DNA of 61,639 nt, filler included, from Circinaria calcarea (GCA_051942165.1; 23 parts of 23 records of this genome joined end to end with filler, not necessarily neighbours in it), one strand, 5' to 3'; numbered from the whole stretch's first letter, positions 36,397 to 48,671 are shown. The notes: generated by a model not told the origin, from the sequence alone. Program-made: numbers and translations.

Positions 36397-37539
36397 ATGT
36401 CTTCCACACCGATTACCATCGTGGGTGCCGGTTTAGCAGGTCTTACTCTTGGACGGAGCCTCGCACAGAAAGGAATCCAAGCTGTTATCTACGAGCGCGC
36501 TTCGTCCTCTCCCCGTTATAATTATGGTATAACACTACACCCGTCGACTTATCAGCCTTTGCTACGTATACTTCAGTTGGACGAGAATACTTTCCATGAA
36601 AAGGTAGCTGTTGACGCTCAACAAGGCGGAGAAGGCCATCTCTCTAGTACTCACCTAGCTACGCACTCTTCTTATGGGGACTCTTCAATCCGATGTCATC
36701 GGGGTAAACTGGAACTCCTTCTTCGAGAAGGACAAGACATCCAATGGGATCATACGCTCAAAGAGTTTGACACATTCCCTCAATCTCGGGGTATCACCGC
36801 CTCATTCCAAAATGGTACTCGCATTGATAGTCACTATCTTGTTGGCTGCGATGGCGCTCACTCTATGACTCGACAAATCCTGGCAACGACGATGAAGCTG
36901 AAGGTACTACCCTATGTTGTATTCAACGGCAAACGTCATTATTCATGCGCAGAGTATCAAGAAAGGTTGGCACCCCACTTGAAGGATAGTGTTTTGATCC
37001 AGATGCGGAAAGGCAATGTCCTTCTGGGTGTGGCATTGGATGAGCATACTGTGTCGAATCATACTGTCAGCTATACATACTCTAGACCAGCGCGAGACGG
37101 TAATGATCCCCTGCACAAACCGGATCGTGCTACAATCGGAGCAACAGATATTCCACAGGAGGTTTTTGAAGAATTGGAGGCTCTCAAAGGCATCGATGAA
37201 CCATTCGCGGATGTCTTTAATGCCGAAAATGTCCGGAATGATCGTCTTCTACATTGGTTGATGCGCAGTTTGATGCCAGATCGCGAGGAGGTTCAAAAAC
37301 TTGCCGGCCAAGGTTTCATACTTGTGGGAGATGCAGTGCACGCCATGCCCATACTCGGAGGTGACGGCGCCAACGTAGCCATCATGGACGGAATCAAGCT
37401 CGCAGAGCATATTGCTGGGCGAGGACCGGAAGATATGGAAAACTTCTCGTCTTCAAGATTCGAGACATGGAAAAAGGCGGTGACTAACAGCGAGCGAAGG
37501 CTTGACGAAATGCATACGGCACCTAAGCCTTGCCTCTAG
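36397..37539 (+). CDS. FAD-dependent monooxygenase
   Basis: ITIVGAGLAGLTLG (GxGxxG), LVGCDGAHS (DG motif), LVGDAVHAMPILGGDGANVAIMDG (GD motif). Intronless. Confidence 0.88.
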   Translation: MSSTPITIVGAGLAGLTLGRSLAQKGIQAVIYERASSSPRYNYGITLHPSTYQPLLRILQLDENTFHEKVAVDAQQGGEGHLSSTHLATHSSYGDSSIRCHRGKLELLLREGQDIQWDHTLKEFDTFPQSRGITASFQNGTRIDSHYLVGCDGAHSMTRQILATTMKLKVLPYVVFNGKRHYSCAEYQERLAPHLKDSVLIQMRKGNVLLGVALDEHTVSNHTVSYTYSRPARDGNDPLHKPDRATIGATDIPQEVFEELEALKGIDEPFADVFNAENVRNDRLLHWLMRSLMPDREEVQKLAGQGFILVGDAVHAMPILGGDGANVAIMDGIKLAEHIAGRGPEDMENFSSSRFETWKKAVTNSERRLDEMHTAPKPCL

Positions 37540-38028
37540 GCCGGCAGTCCATGAATTGGGTATACTATTTNNNNNNNNNNNNNNNNNNNNNNNNNNNNNN
37601 NNNNNNNNNNNNNNTTAATTAATTAANNNNNNNNNNNNNNNNNNNNNNNNNNNNNNNNNNNNNNNNNNNNCTCGGGGAGGAAGGTGCCTAATTGTTTGTA
37701 GTTTTAGACGAGGGGTTCCCGCCTCGTAAAGGAAGAAATCATTCCACTCCAAATTTTCGGTAGTAGAAAATCATTCGAACAAGTAGCTGTGATTTGCTGC
37801 ATTCCCATAAACCCAGTCGCAATGCGAGCCCAAGCTTGCGCACGAACCATGATTTTCCTCCGGCCCAGCATGTACCTCAACAGCTCCCCCAGCAGGTTGG
37901 AACAATATAGCGAATTTGCATTGCTGGGACTCTTGTCTGCTTGTACTATTATACACATCGATAGCTAAAACAGTCTTTTTCAACGGTCGAAAGCCGCACT
38001 GAAATTCCATGTGATCCTCTATCCATAG

Positions 38029-39519
38029 ATGGCTCCTAATACACCCATTCCCCTTTTCTCCCGCATAGGAACCGAGCTTGGGATCTATTCTATTCTCCAG
38101 TCATCCCGAGACACTAAACTCCTATGCTTACAGCGTTTCACCCGTCTTTTTGCATATGGAGCGTCTACCCTGATTCTTGTTCTCTACCTTTCCAGCCTGG
38201 GCATCAGCAACGCTCGGATAGGGCTCTTTATGACCCTGACCTTATTGGGAGATGTGGTCATAAGTTTTATTCTGACGCTCTTTGCCGATGGCTTGGGAAG
38301 GAGAAGAATTCTGGGCATGGGGGCGGGTTTGATGAGTGTGAGTGGGGTAGTGTTTGCGCTCAGTGGGAATTACTGGGTGCTAGTTGTTGCGAGTATTGTT
38401 GGAGTCATAAGTCCAAGGTGAGACAGTCTATGGTCTTGAAAAGGGTAGAGAAACAGAGAATGACAATCGATCAGTGGTAATGAAATTGGCCCATTTCGAG
38501 CCATTGAAGAGTCTACGCTGGCGCAACTGACTCCGACTGCTAATCGTAGCGATATCTTCGCTTGGTATACATTAATAGGAACTGCTGGTGCAGCTATTGG
38601 TACTCTCATTTGTGGATGGGTGGTAGAAGGGCTACAAAAGATAGAAGGATGGACACCAGTTCGTGCTTACCGCATCATGTTCGGTGTCTATGCTCTCCTC
38701 GGACTTATCAAGCTTGGCCTTGCCCTCATGCTCAGCGACAACTGCGAGCTAGAGCCTCCTAGACAGGAACACGAGTCAACCGAATCTAATGGTTTCGAAA
38801 TGGAAGCTCTCTTGACGGACTCCGAGAACGAATCCCCAGAATCCCCAGAATCTCCAGAGCTCCCCAAACGGACCTCTAAACCTTCTGCCACCACGGCTCC
38901 TTCCAAAATCAAGAAGTCCATCTGGCCTGTCATCTCTCCTTCCTCCCGCGTCATACTTTCAAAACTTTGCCTTCTTTTTGCAGTTGACTCTTTGGCGTCT
39001 GGCCTAGTTCCTGCCTCTTGGGTAACCTATTTCTTCATCCGCAAATTCTCTCTGCCAGAGTCTCAACTTGGCACCCTTTTCTTCGTCACCAATATCATCT
39101 CCTCCGCTTTCAACCTGGTGGCGTCTTCCATCTCCAAACGCATTGGCTTGGTCAAAACAATGGTCTTCACCCATCTGCCTTCCGCAATCTTCCTTTCTCT
39201 CATACCATTACCGTCTAATCTGGGACTAGCAATGACGCTAGTCATCTTAAGATCCTGTCTGGCGAGTATGGACCAAGCGCCAAGGCAGGCCTTCTTGGCT
39301 GCAGCGGTGCTCCCGAGTGAGAGGACAGCGGTCATGGGAGTGGTGAATGTCGTCAAGACTTTAAGTCGGAGTGCAGGGCCCTCGATTACTGGATGGCTAG
39401 CTGAGCTGGATAGATTCTGGATTGCGTTTCTGGTAGCAGGAGCGATGAAGGCCGGGTATGATTTGGGGCTGTTATGGATGTTCTTGGGGCATAGAACTAG
39501 AGATGAGGGAAGAGGTTGA
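38029..39519 (+). CDS. MFS transporter, 2 exons
   Basis: RFTRLFAYG, ADGLGRRRIL (MFS motif A), VISP|SGNEIGPFRAIEES across intron 38418-38475, GLVKTMVFTHLPS, SMDQAPRQAFL. Confidence 0.88.
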
Positions 39520-39883
39520 GATGAGTCAAAGGATGGTGAGGTGAGGAGTGTGCCCAGGTGGAATGCTAAATGAGACTTTACGAACTTACGAAGGTTGTTT
39601 AGAGAGCGTCCTGCCGATTCTCTATAGATATCGGATGATCTGAATGTCACACGATTTGTAATTGAGACCATGCTGGTTTGGGCATGTTCCCTTTGTACAG
39701 GAGGTTAAACTGAGATGAATTCGCTGCAATCGCCCACAAGAAGAACAACATGTCCCCAGAGTCTACCATCACCAATCGGCTTTGACACTCTTACCCTTGT
39801 ACTTTCTAGGCATCTTCCACTTCTCCTCCCGTAGAATCCGTTACCCCCTTCTCACCACAGCTCTCGCGCCACTATCCACTCCC

Positions 39884-40249
39884 TCAATACGCATCCCCCC
39901 AAATACCAACCACGCTCATCGCGAACCCCAACCCCCAAATTCCTCCTTTGACCATCTGTCCCCTCCTCCAACCCTCCATCTCCTCTCTTACGGCCTCCCC
40001 GTTAACCTCTTCCTCCCTCGTTCCCTCCGTACTAACATTGCCCCCCGTCCACCACTCCAGTGACTCCACGCCCTGACTCGCAATTGCCACCGTCGAAGCC
40101 GCCCAGAGGAGATAGGGTTGTCTCTGCGAGCGCGGCGCAAAAGCGTAGGCGGAGAGCAGGGAGACGACGCTGAAGGCGGAGATGAGTTTTTGGTGGCGCT
40201 GGGTGCTGGTGCGGAGGATTCGGAACGAGGAGCGTGCGGGGGGAAGGGT
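39884..40249 (-). CDS. ATG33: Autophagy-related mitochondrial outer-membrane protein Atg33/Scm4-like, C-terminal part
   Basis: Open from the contig edge: AYAFAPRSQRQPYLLW...EVNGEAVREEME...GLGFAMSVVGIWGDAY*. Confidence 0.75.
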   Translation of the reverse strand, partial: TLPPARSSFRILRTSTQRHQKLISAFSVVSLLSAYAFAPRSQRQPYLLWAASTVAIASQGVESLEWWTGGNVSTEGTREEEVNGEAVREEMEGWRRGQMVKGGIWGLGFAMSVVGIWGDAY

Positions 40250-40818
40250 NNNNNNNNNNNNNNNNNNNNNNNNNNNNNNNNNNNNNNNNNNNNTTAATTA
40301 ATTAANNNNNNNNNNNNNNNNNNNNNNNNNNNNNNNNNNNNNNNNNNNNCACCCTGCTCACCCTGCTCACTCTGCTCATCTCCATGAGCACCATGAGCAC
40401 ACTGAGCACTTTCGGTGGTGTAGGTTCCTCCGGCCCGCGGTCCTTCCTGACCCGGTCTAGTGCATGTCATGGCGGGCACGCCATAACAGGGACGTAATAT
40501 TTCTTTTATAATTAATATTTTATATCGGCTTTCCGTTAGCTATCGTTTAAAATTATTTAAAAATATCAGCTGTATAGAAAATAAGCGAGTACCGAGGGAA
40601 TATAAAGGAGTAGGGGAGGAGTACAAGGGAGTAAAAGTAAGAGGGAGCAGGGGGAGAGCATATGTACGAAATAGTCGATAGCGCGAGAGTAAAGCCGTAG
40701 TGGGTTAATCAGCCTAATATCACGTGTTGCCCAAAATTCGGGGCATCTATATAATATTATATATATATTTTTAATTCTTAGACGATACTCCGAGCGGACC
40801 TCGAGCGTTATAACCCGC

Positions 40819-41265
40819 GTGCTCCGAGTCCCAGCCGACGGCTTAACGCCGCATATCCTGCCGCTCCATACCATCAACATTTCCAACGACGGCAACACGG
40901 ATTGCTTCCTCTGCCACATCCACGACACGCGGGCCTTCTGGGGCCAAGATGAAGGCTGGCGATATCGTGATGTCGCTCGGTTCGACCTCAAATTCGGCAA
41001 CCGTGGTTTTGATGGCGTTTGCTACGGCTTCAAGAGCTTCGCGCTCGACCACTTGCCACAGAATAAGGCTGCAGCGGATTGGGGCATCTGGGGCGATGCG
41101 TTTGTCGCGAAGGTAACGGATGCGGAATATGGTGAACATGGATGGGCGACGTATAAGGATGTACCAGATGAGCTGTTGCGTACAGGGTTATATAATCGGA
41201 TTCTGGAACGGCTGGCTGCGATGTATGAGGGTACGAGAATACTGAGGTTAGTGCTAGGGCTATAA
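40819..41265 (+). CDS. Hypothetical fungal protein; 5' end appears degraded, possible pseudogene
   Basis: Globular-looking 148 aa (FWG...WRYRD...DHLPQN...WGDAFVAKV...EYGEHGWATYKDVP) with no in-frame ATG near the start. The upstream sequence is AT-rich. Confidence 0.5.
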   Translation: MLRVPADGLTPHILPLHTINISNDGNTDCFLCHIHDTRAFWGQDEGWRYRDVARFDLKFGNRGFDGVCYGFKSFALDHLPQNKAAADWGIWGDAFVAKVTDAEYGEHGWATYKDVPDELLRTGLYNRILERLAAMYEGTRILRLVLGL

Positions 41266-41792
41266 GGATCGATTACATGGATTACGAGCGATCATGGCTA
41301 GGTGTTTGGAAAATGGCTGCTATGGAGCGCTGAGAAAGCAGAGATGGCGGGAGGGTTGAAAGGAATAGGGATTGGAGAGTAAATGGTGCTAAGGTAAGGT
41401 GTTCAAACTCGCGGCTTTCAGACCCTACTAGTTGTCGCCATAATAAATATACCAGAGCTATAATAGATGATCCTCCATGTTAATTAAGTACCTGCTCACC
41501 CTACTCACCTCCATGACATACTGGTCAACCCTAACCAAGGTTACCCCGTTCCGGAGCTAACCGCCTGTAATATGGTATTAACGCCATAAGAGTACTTTGG
41601 GCAGAATATTAGAAGGGAGGATTACAGGAGGGATTGCGTGGTTGATATAATAAAGTTCGTGGGAGCAATAAGTGGCATTCTAGGGGCGCGTGGCAGATAT
41701 TCGCCGTATAATAAACGGAGTTTATAAGCTTGCTATGCCTTTATTATGCTTTTGTTTTTACACGAGGAGATTACTATACTGTACTAGCTATA

Positions 41793-42928
41793 CTATTGGG
41801 AGCCTTGTTTTGTTTCTCCGGCCATTGCCCTTGAAACCCTTTTCATTTGCCTCTTGCTTAAAGGCTTCTTCTCCTTTGCCACCGAATCTTCTTTCTGTGG
41901 CCAGATCTGCTGAGTCTTACGCTCATCCTCCGCAGTCCATTCCCGGGGTAAGATAGCAAAGATCAAGTACGAAGTGTGAGTCTTTAATTCTGGCTCTGCC
42001 CTGTGGATCAAATTCCCTTCCTTGTAGATTCTACGATAAGCTTGTGCGTCTCGTATATTTTCAAGTCTCTTCTGCTTCGAAATACACCAAGCTGCTTCAT
42101 CAGAACTAAGCCCATTAGCCGGCCCTGCGGAATCTGGTAGAGTATCTTCATGGAAAGACTTGGTGCGACTCTCAAGTTCCCTCAGTCTGGTCACCGCTTC
42201 GTCAACGGATGCTGGGGATGCATTGACACCTCGGAGACCCTCTTCTTGTAAACCCACACGCTCTCTTCGCACCTCGATTCGCTTAGCAGCAATTTCTACC
42301 ATCTCTATTTCGACCCAACCCATTTGTCTCAGCGTTGTGACCGTATGTTGTACTTGCTCGATGCAAGGTGAAAAGGTACAGATGCGAATGGGGGCCTGCG
42401 GGTTAAGGGGTGTTGCATTTAGATGTTTTGATACTGTATCGGACAAGTCAGAGGTATCATGCTCTCCACTTGTCGTCTTCTTTCCATCACTCACAGACCT
42501 CTCTCCCAATGTACGTTTCCTGGTCAGATGCTCGAGAGCCAGCCAAGGTGCAGGAAGGTCAAGGAAGACAGCATCAGCTTGTAAAACCTGGTGGGTTCCC
42601 ATACTTGGTAAGAAGCCGTTGGCGCAAACGTCTCTATGGGTGATTTCAACAATTTGATCCAGACCATGTTCCCTAATTTCCGCGCTAAGCTTTTCAACTC
42701 GCTGTTGGTGAAACTCGAAGCTCCATACCTTCCCTTTTCTCGGCTTTACCGGAGCATCATTGGGATGATCTGGAGTTGAATCTTCGGAATAGCCATTGAA
42801 GACAGATCTGGCAGCTGCGTGGGTGAAAGACCCACTTCCGGCCCCTGCCTCGATGACAACTGTCCCCGGTCTGACCCTTAACCGTTGCAAAACATAGCTG
42901 TAGTCTGGCGTATAGACTACCTGCGTTC
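41793..42928 (-). CDS. TRM61: tRNA m1A58 methyltransferase catalytic subunit (5'-partial)
   Basis: RTQVVYTPDYSY, VIEAGAGSGSFTH, SFEFHQQR, ADAVFLDLPAPW, CTFSPCIEQVQ, THTSYLIFA. Confidence 0.93.
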
Positions 42929-43051
42929 NNNNNNNNNNNNNNNNNNNNNNNNNNNNNNNNNNNNNNNNNNNNTTAATTAATTAANNNNNNNNNNNNNNNN
43001 NNNNNNNNNNNNNNNNNNNNNNNNNNNNGTTGGCCCCCAACGTCTTAAGTC

Positions 43052-43297
43052 CTAGTACCCGTAGGGACAAGCCGCACACTTGACATGGTAGCAGTCGTAA
43101 CATGAGTAGAATCTCCCGATCTCGTGGAATTTCATCGGTATGTTGCAGCGGCAACAGTAGGGCGTCATCATGTAAGGGACGGTGAGCGGTTTTGAGCCGC
43201 GATCGTGATGGGCATGGTTAGGCGTAGGGTTTTCGGGGGTCGGGGAAGAAGGAGAGGCGCTGTGATGGTTGGGGCTCGGAGGTGATGGAGATGGCAT
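43052..43297 (-). CDS. Small Cys-rich putative zinc-binding protein
   Basis: 81 aa with a Pro/Ser-rich N-terminus, then YCCRC-x13-CYDCYHVKCAAC. The ATG is in good context (aaccATG). Confidence 0.45.
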   Translation of the reverse strand: MPSPSPPSPNHHSASPSSPTPENPTPNHAHHDRGSKPLTVPYMMTPYCCRCNIPMKFHEIGRFYSCYDCYHVKCAACPYGY

Positions 43298-45454
43298 GGT
43301 TATTTGTTGGTTTGAGGTTGGGAAGGGGTGGGTGATGGGGTTGGGTGGTTGGAATGCGGTCGGGGATGGAGGGAATATAGATGATGAATGGTGGTTTGAT
43401 AGAGTGGTTGATGAAATGGAGGTTGATGGAAGAGAATTCGATGGCAGAGAGGTTTTGGTTTAGATGCCTATGGTAGGAAGGAGAGAAGGAAGAAGAAGAA
43501 GAGAAGGGGTCTTAAAAGTAAAGGTATCCATGATGAATATGAATGCGGAAGCAGAAACAAGAGAGGGAGTCATATCATACCGGGTAGAATACCTTAAATG
43601 GAGAAGTTTCTTTGCATATCATGACCTTGTTGGCTCTATGACTCGCTAGGATGTACACAGAAGTTGAGATTTGATTGATATATATGCATTTGGCGTTTCT
43701 TGTGCACGGCCAAGCCATACCAGGGATGTATGCGAGGTCATAACGTAGGTGACCTAGTTGCACCATGTCCCGTTTCCAGCAGGTGAAGCAGCTTTGACTC
43801 TTTCAGAAGACCCGCTGTTCCATACCGAGTGAGTGATATCAAAGATTCCATTGTAATTCATAGCTCACTTCATCTTGGTACCTCTCCATGGCAACCATGA
43901 CATACTGGCGAACATGTAGGTGAGGAAGAAAAAGGCAGAGATAATGGACCTGGCAGCATAACCTGAAAAGAAGGTCGACTTGGACGAATCAAACAACGGT
44001 ATCAGAAAGGACAATGTTCGAGCATACGGTATAAAGTAGCCAACGGTTTTCCCTACACAATACACTACCTTCGTCGGCGAACCCACCGTAGGAAGGCTTA
44101 TCTAGTTGAGTATACTGCCATTGACAATGCTACTGTAGAGGACTGTTGACTAGGAGATATGCCAGTGTGTCTATGTCAATCCTTGTTCAGTGACTTAAGA
44201 AGGCGGGAAATCAACGTCGAAGAGTGGTCCAGAAAATCAAACCTGCGAAATATGTAAAGTCTCACCGATGGGGGTGGGTTGCGCCATAGGGCATATAGTT
44301 TCCACTAGTTCCGTGATTATGCAACGCGTGGTTGTCGACTTTGTGGCATAGATCCATCAACCTGTCCTAGACAATTTCTCTTTAATTCACTACAACCAAG
44401 CGAGGGCCCACCGAAGCGCCTTCAGAGCTCTTGAAGTGTGTAAAGTTTGGTTTCGTCTCTTCATTGATGCAACGCTAGGTTGAAGATCTGGGCTTGCTCA
44501 AAGGCAGGAGGGCACCAATTATTTATATCACTGTCGCAGGCGACGATAATAGTCATTTTGTGATCTGGAAAGACATGGAATAGCGAGACTTGGTACAATG
44601 AGTTTGCAAGGGTATCTGTAGGTTGTACTCGCGACAGTTGGTTGTAAAATAGGGGGACGGCTGCTACTGTTGAACGAAGGCATACGGGCATGCAGAATGT
44701 GAAGGTTACTTGTACGTCCATGTGTGCGCTGCTCGCCTTTGATGGAATCGGAAGCGACACGCCACTAAGCCTAACCGGGTCTACAGGGTGACTTCCAACA
44801 CTTGGGGGGTTTTTTTTGGATATTTTTGGTAAGAAAACTGTTAAGTCATAGAAGCCAATAGAGCTCATTAGTAAAATCCTAATGCTTACTAGTAAAACAT
44901 AGCTAAAAACAAACGTCTGCCTCACTCGAATCAAGGCAAATATAAATATAACGAGCCATTTCCAGACAGTACGCTTTGACCAAAAGTTTCGTACTGTCCG
45001 CTCTAATCAACGCAGGGGTAGAGCGGGCACACTTGGATGAGAGACCAGGTCGGTCACAAGCAATGAGAACATGCAAGTTTGCAAGAACTGGAGGGGTTAG
45101 GGACCACAACTCGGAGAAACAATATATGATACAAACCCCTTTGGTCAAAAGGGCCATGCACGGGCAATAAGTACATGGGTGACTAGAATTACTATTTTGA
45201 ATTAAGCCTATTGGTAAAACTAAGTACAAGAATGGTACGGCACACGGGCGTCAACGACATAGGAATACCTATGCGGACAGCGAACAGTGGCCCCAAACTC
45301 GCCGCACTCTCAGCCCCGACGAAAATTGGCATGAATGCCCAGAAAGAACGCCTCCAGTAAACCTCATTTCCGTTGTCATGCAATATGATACAGGTTTCAA
45401 GTATCGACAGACATAGAATCCGGATAAGGCTCTGTACAAACCACTCACTCACCC

Positions 45455-45604
45455 TTAGTTTAAGAACACTACCGCGACGACAGCACTCAGCACAAATGCC
45501 AGCGAACTCCCAAGTCCCGCTGCACCAGCCGTGGTGCTCGCAGAAGGTGAGCTGGTCGCATCTGCTGCTGACGGGTCCGTGGTCACAGCAGTTGAAGTCG
45601 AAGT
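45455..45604 (-). CDS. C-terminus of a probable GPI-anchored Ser/Thr-rich cell-surface protein (missed by the ORF track)
   Basis: Manual translation TSTSTAVTTDPSAADATSSPSASTTAGAAGLGSSLAFVLSAVVAVVFLN*: S/T-rich stalk, small-residue omega region, terminal hydrophobic tail. Confidence 0.7.
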   Translation of the reverse strand, partial: TSTSTAVTTDPSAADATSSPSASTTAGAAGLGSSLAFVLSAVVAVVFLN

Positions 45605-45876
45605 TNNNNNNNNNNNNNNNNNNNNNNNNNNNNNNNNNNNNNNNNNNNNTTAATTAATTAANNNNNNNNNNNNNNNNNNNNNNNNNNNNNNNNNNNNNNN
45701 NNNNNGCCCACAGGCTCGGCTTATCTTATTTCCACTTCCCAAAGTGGTTATCATGATGGCTCAACCCCGTCAGCCCACTTACCACCTGCCTGACCCCTTC
45801 TCCCCTCTCCCCTGCCCCTTTCTCATCGGACCTGCTCGCGCTGACCGTAACCGATAAGCCTCTCCGGCGAGAGCTG

Positions 45877-46010
45877 GAAGCCGCGCTAGAGACCCCGGGG
45901 AGTTGTAATATCACAAAGCTCTTCGATAAAAGTTGAGAAGCCGCGCTAGAGACGTGGAGGTTGTAATGTCACAGGCCTCTTCAACGAAATTCGCGGAGCC
46001 GTACTAGAAT
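45877..46010 (+). repeat. Degenerate tandem repeat of about 60 bp
   Basis: gaagccgcgctagagac...gttgtaat(a/g)tcaca...ctcttc at 45877 and 45937, with a partial third unit at about 45995. Confidence 0.7.
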
Positions 46011-47247
46011 ATGTGTTCCCATCATCTCGAGATGACTGTACTAGGGCAAGTCATTCTTCTATTTCTATGGTCCTTTGAGCCTGAATCAAGCCACTTGTGC
46101 TGCGGGTGAGGGACACAGTGGTTGGAAACCAACGGAGTAAGACTGCATGTAAGATGCCAAGTTCTGTCGTCAGAAGTCGTTGTTGAGGTAATATATACTG
46201 CAGTAGAGGCTTCGTACATGTAAAGTTTGTACCCGGTCGGCTATTTAAACGAGCTTCCGGGAGAACTTTCCCCGATCTCGTTTGGCGTCTAAGCGTTACT
46301 GTATCGAGCAGGTATTCCAATGCTACGTACCTTGGAGCCCATATTACACATCACGTGGAATCTTGATGGTGGGAAGGAGGGTTGGTGGAGATTAGGGTGG
46401 CATAGCATCACTTGGTATTGCACGTAGCGAATCAGATATAGAGACCTGCCCATGATTCGTCCCACCACGCCGCCAAGCCCGAGCCCGAGCAGGAGTAGCT
46501 TCGGACTACGGGGGATTTGGGCGACACTAAAGGGCGGAAAGAAGCGGAAACGCCTATTCCTCCCATGCAGCCACCGCACACCCACCTCCTCATTTCTGGA
46601 TCGCCGGATCTGTTGCGTGCATCATCTGTCGCCTCGTATTCGTAGATGCGGGTGTTTGTTGCGTAGGGCGTACGCCACTTGCATGCCCTCGACGAGTGCG
46701 GAGGAGAGAAAGCGCGTGGAGGGCAGTACCAACGCAATAGGCACTGAGAGAACCTATCGGTCGACCTTGTGTATTCAAACCTGCCAATCGTATCTTTCCT
46801 CGCAATTTCATCACGAGGCCAAACCGACCACCGGCACCTGTCCAGCTGGCACCATTCGACGGCTGTACATTCCAAGAAAGCACCCTTCTCCGAGTCCTTC
46901 GGCGGTCTAATCTTTGAGCTACGCTAGAGCGGAGCGGAAGGCTTTTCCCAAGCTGCTCTCGAGAAGGCTCCGACAGACGTGCTATTTACGTCCGTGAGAG
47001 AACGCGACAAAACGAAGCAAGCACCGAGCATGAGGAACGGGGTACACAAAAGACATACCTGATACCCGGTATCAAGTATGGAGTACCTCGCCTCGTACCT
47101 CCTAAAGATAGGTAGCCTCACCCACCCGGCTATGCTCGGATCTCGTTCACCCTGCAAGCTCTCCTTAATTGCGGGGTAATGGGAGGCTTCTCTGCGATGG
47201 GGATTAAGGTATCGACCGACATGCCATCTCTGCATGCTTCGATCGTT

Positions 47248-48281
47248 TCAACAATTCTCGGGCAGATATGTCCCAGTGGATGGCGAAGGATGAGAGAGCC
47301 AATCCAGCGGATCAATCTCAGGTGAATCGGCCATGAACCTGGTCATTGGACTATCGCCATGCCCTCCCGATGGGAGGGAAGCCGGGGATGGATGCATGTC
47401 GTAGTAACACATCAGCGGGAATGGGCCTTCTCCATACAACGGAAAGCTAGTCGAGAGTCCTAATGGTGATGGTACCTGGTGCAGTACTCCTTGCCCGCCA
47501 TGAACAATCTGCGTACCACCTAGGGGAATCATTGCAGGTACTCCTGATCGGCCATAACCTTGCGGGAGTCTATAACCATTCAGAGCCATCGGTGAAGGGC
47601 TGTCTCTCGTGCGGAAACGTACAGCTTGCATATCTTGGTAGTGTTCCGGTAGCTCACCGTCATGTAGCGAGGGAGGAAACTGCTGAAGCTGCCAAGGTAC
47701 AGATCTCGGCGCCGGAAATTCCTGGATCTCCTGAATCATACTAACCTCGCCGGCACCCGTCATATCACGTATTCCATTAATCAGTGTCGGATCCCCACCC
47801 ACGCTTCCGGATGATACGCTCATGGTTCGTATAGACGAGCCGGGTTGAGGAGACAATTCGGCTAGAAAGGGGTGATGCGCTGTGGGCAATTCCTGTCCAC
47901 CATAACTCGAGCGCGTAGGCGAGAGGTCGTCTGATGAGTATTCACTGGCAGAAATGGGATTCGTTGATGCTGACGCAGCAGCCGCTTGCTGCAGCGCGAG
48001 ATCTTTACGTGATGCTTTTCCTCGCTTCTTTCGCTCTCGAACATATTCGCAGCCAAGGCCAAATTCTGATTGCAAGTTAGCTATCAGCAAAAGAGGTGCA
48101 ACCAGTCGCCGTCATACCGATGCAGTGCGCACATGGATTTCTACCGTCGCATTTCGTCCGTAGCTGGTTGCACTGATCGCAAGCTCGACTAATCCTCCGT
48201 CGGATAGGAACTGCCGTGCCACTCTTGGTGTCACTGGCTTCCGAGTATCTTCTTCGGGTCTTCGACTGGACGTTCTCATAC
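47248..48281 (-). CDS. xlnR: XlnR/Xyr1-type Zn2Cys6 transcription factor, 5'-partial and C-terminally truncated
   Basis: [53 protein letters not shown] (intron 48066-48117) is nearly identical to the recalled XlnR DNA-binding domain. The ORF stops after WLSHPSPS...ENC. Confidence 0.85.
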
Positions 48282-48381
48282 NNNNNNNNNNNNNNNNNNN
48301 NNNNNNNNNNNNNNNNNNNNNNNNNTTAATTAATTAANNNNNNNNNNNNNNNNNNNNNNNNNNNNNNNNNNNNNNNNNNNN

Positions 48382-48671
48382 GGGTTTGATGGTGCAATGT
48401 TTCGATTCTCGCTCTCATAGGGTTTCCGTGTCCCGTTTGGTTCAGGCGTCCCATCCTTGGAGTCGCCATCACCAGTGATGTACTCTTTTACGGTACCAAG
48501 AATACCCTCGTCTCTGTTCCCATCTTCATGTTCCGCCACGTTCTCCCCATCCTTACGCTGCTGCTGATGTTCGTGGTAGCCTTGAATTGTTGGGACCGGA
48601 TGCTTTGACGTGTAGGGTGCGGTGAATGTGCGATGAGACGCATTCTCATCGAAGTCTGCATGATCAGTCAT
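48382..48671 (-). CDS. N-terminus of a probable Mug190-like SMP/C2-domain protein
   Basis: APYTSKHPVPTIQGY resembles the recalled N-terminal Y(S/T)xxxP(I/V)PT(I/V)QxY motif. Only about 97 aa are present. Confidence 0.45.

Noticed and set aside
33659..39519. Apparent secondary-metabolite cluster (P450, FAD monooxygenase, MFS in a row)
   Set aside because: The three genes are on three different contigs that are adjacent only because of length sorting.
43865..45452. Minus-strand hydrophobic ORF fragments
   Set aside because: Could be a decayed membrane-protein gene, but no family signature was found.
46924..47235. HYPAI and RYSIL in the frame after the XlnR stop as possible remnants of LRYPVL
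   Set aside because: Similarity is only 3-5 residues and is not followed by the expected IIP...ACDLL..YF block.
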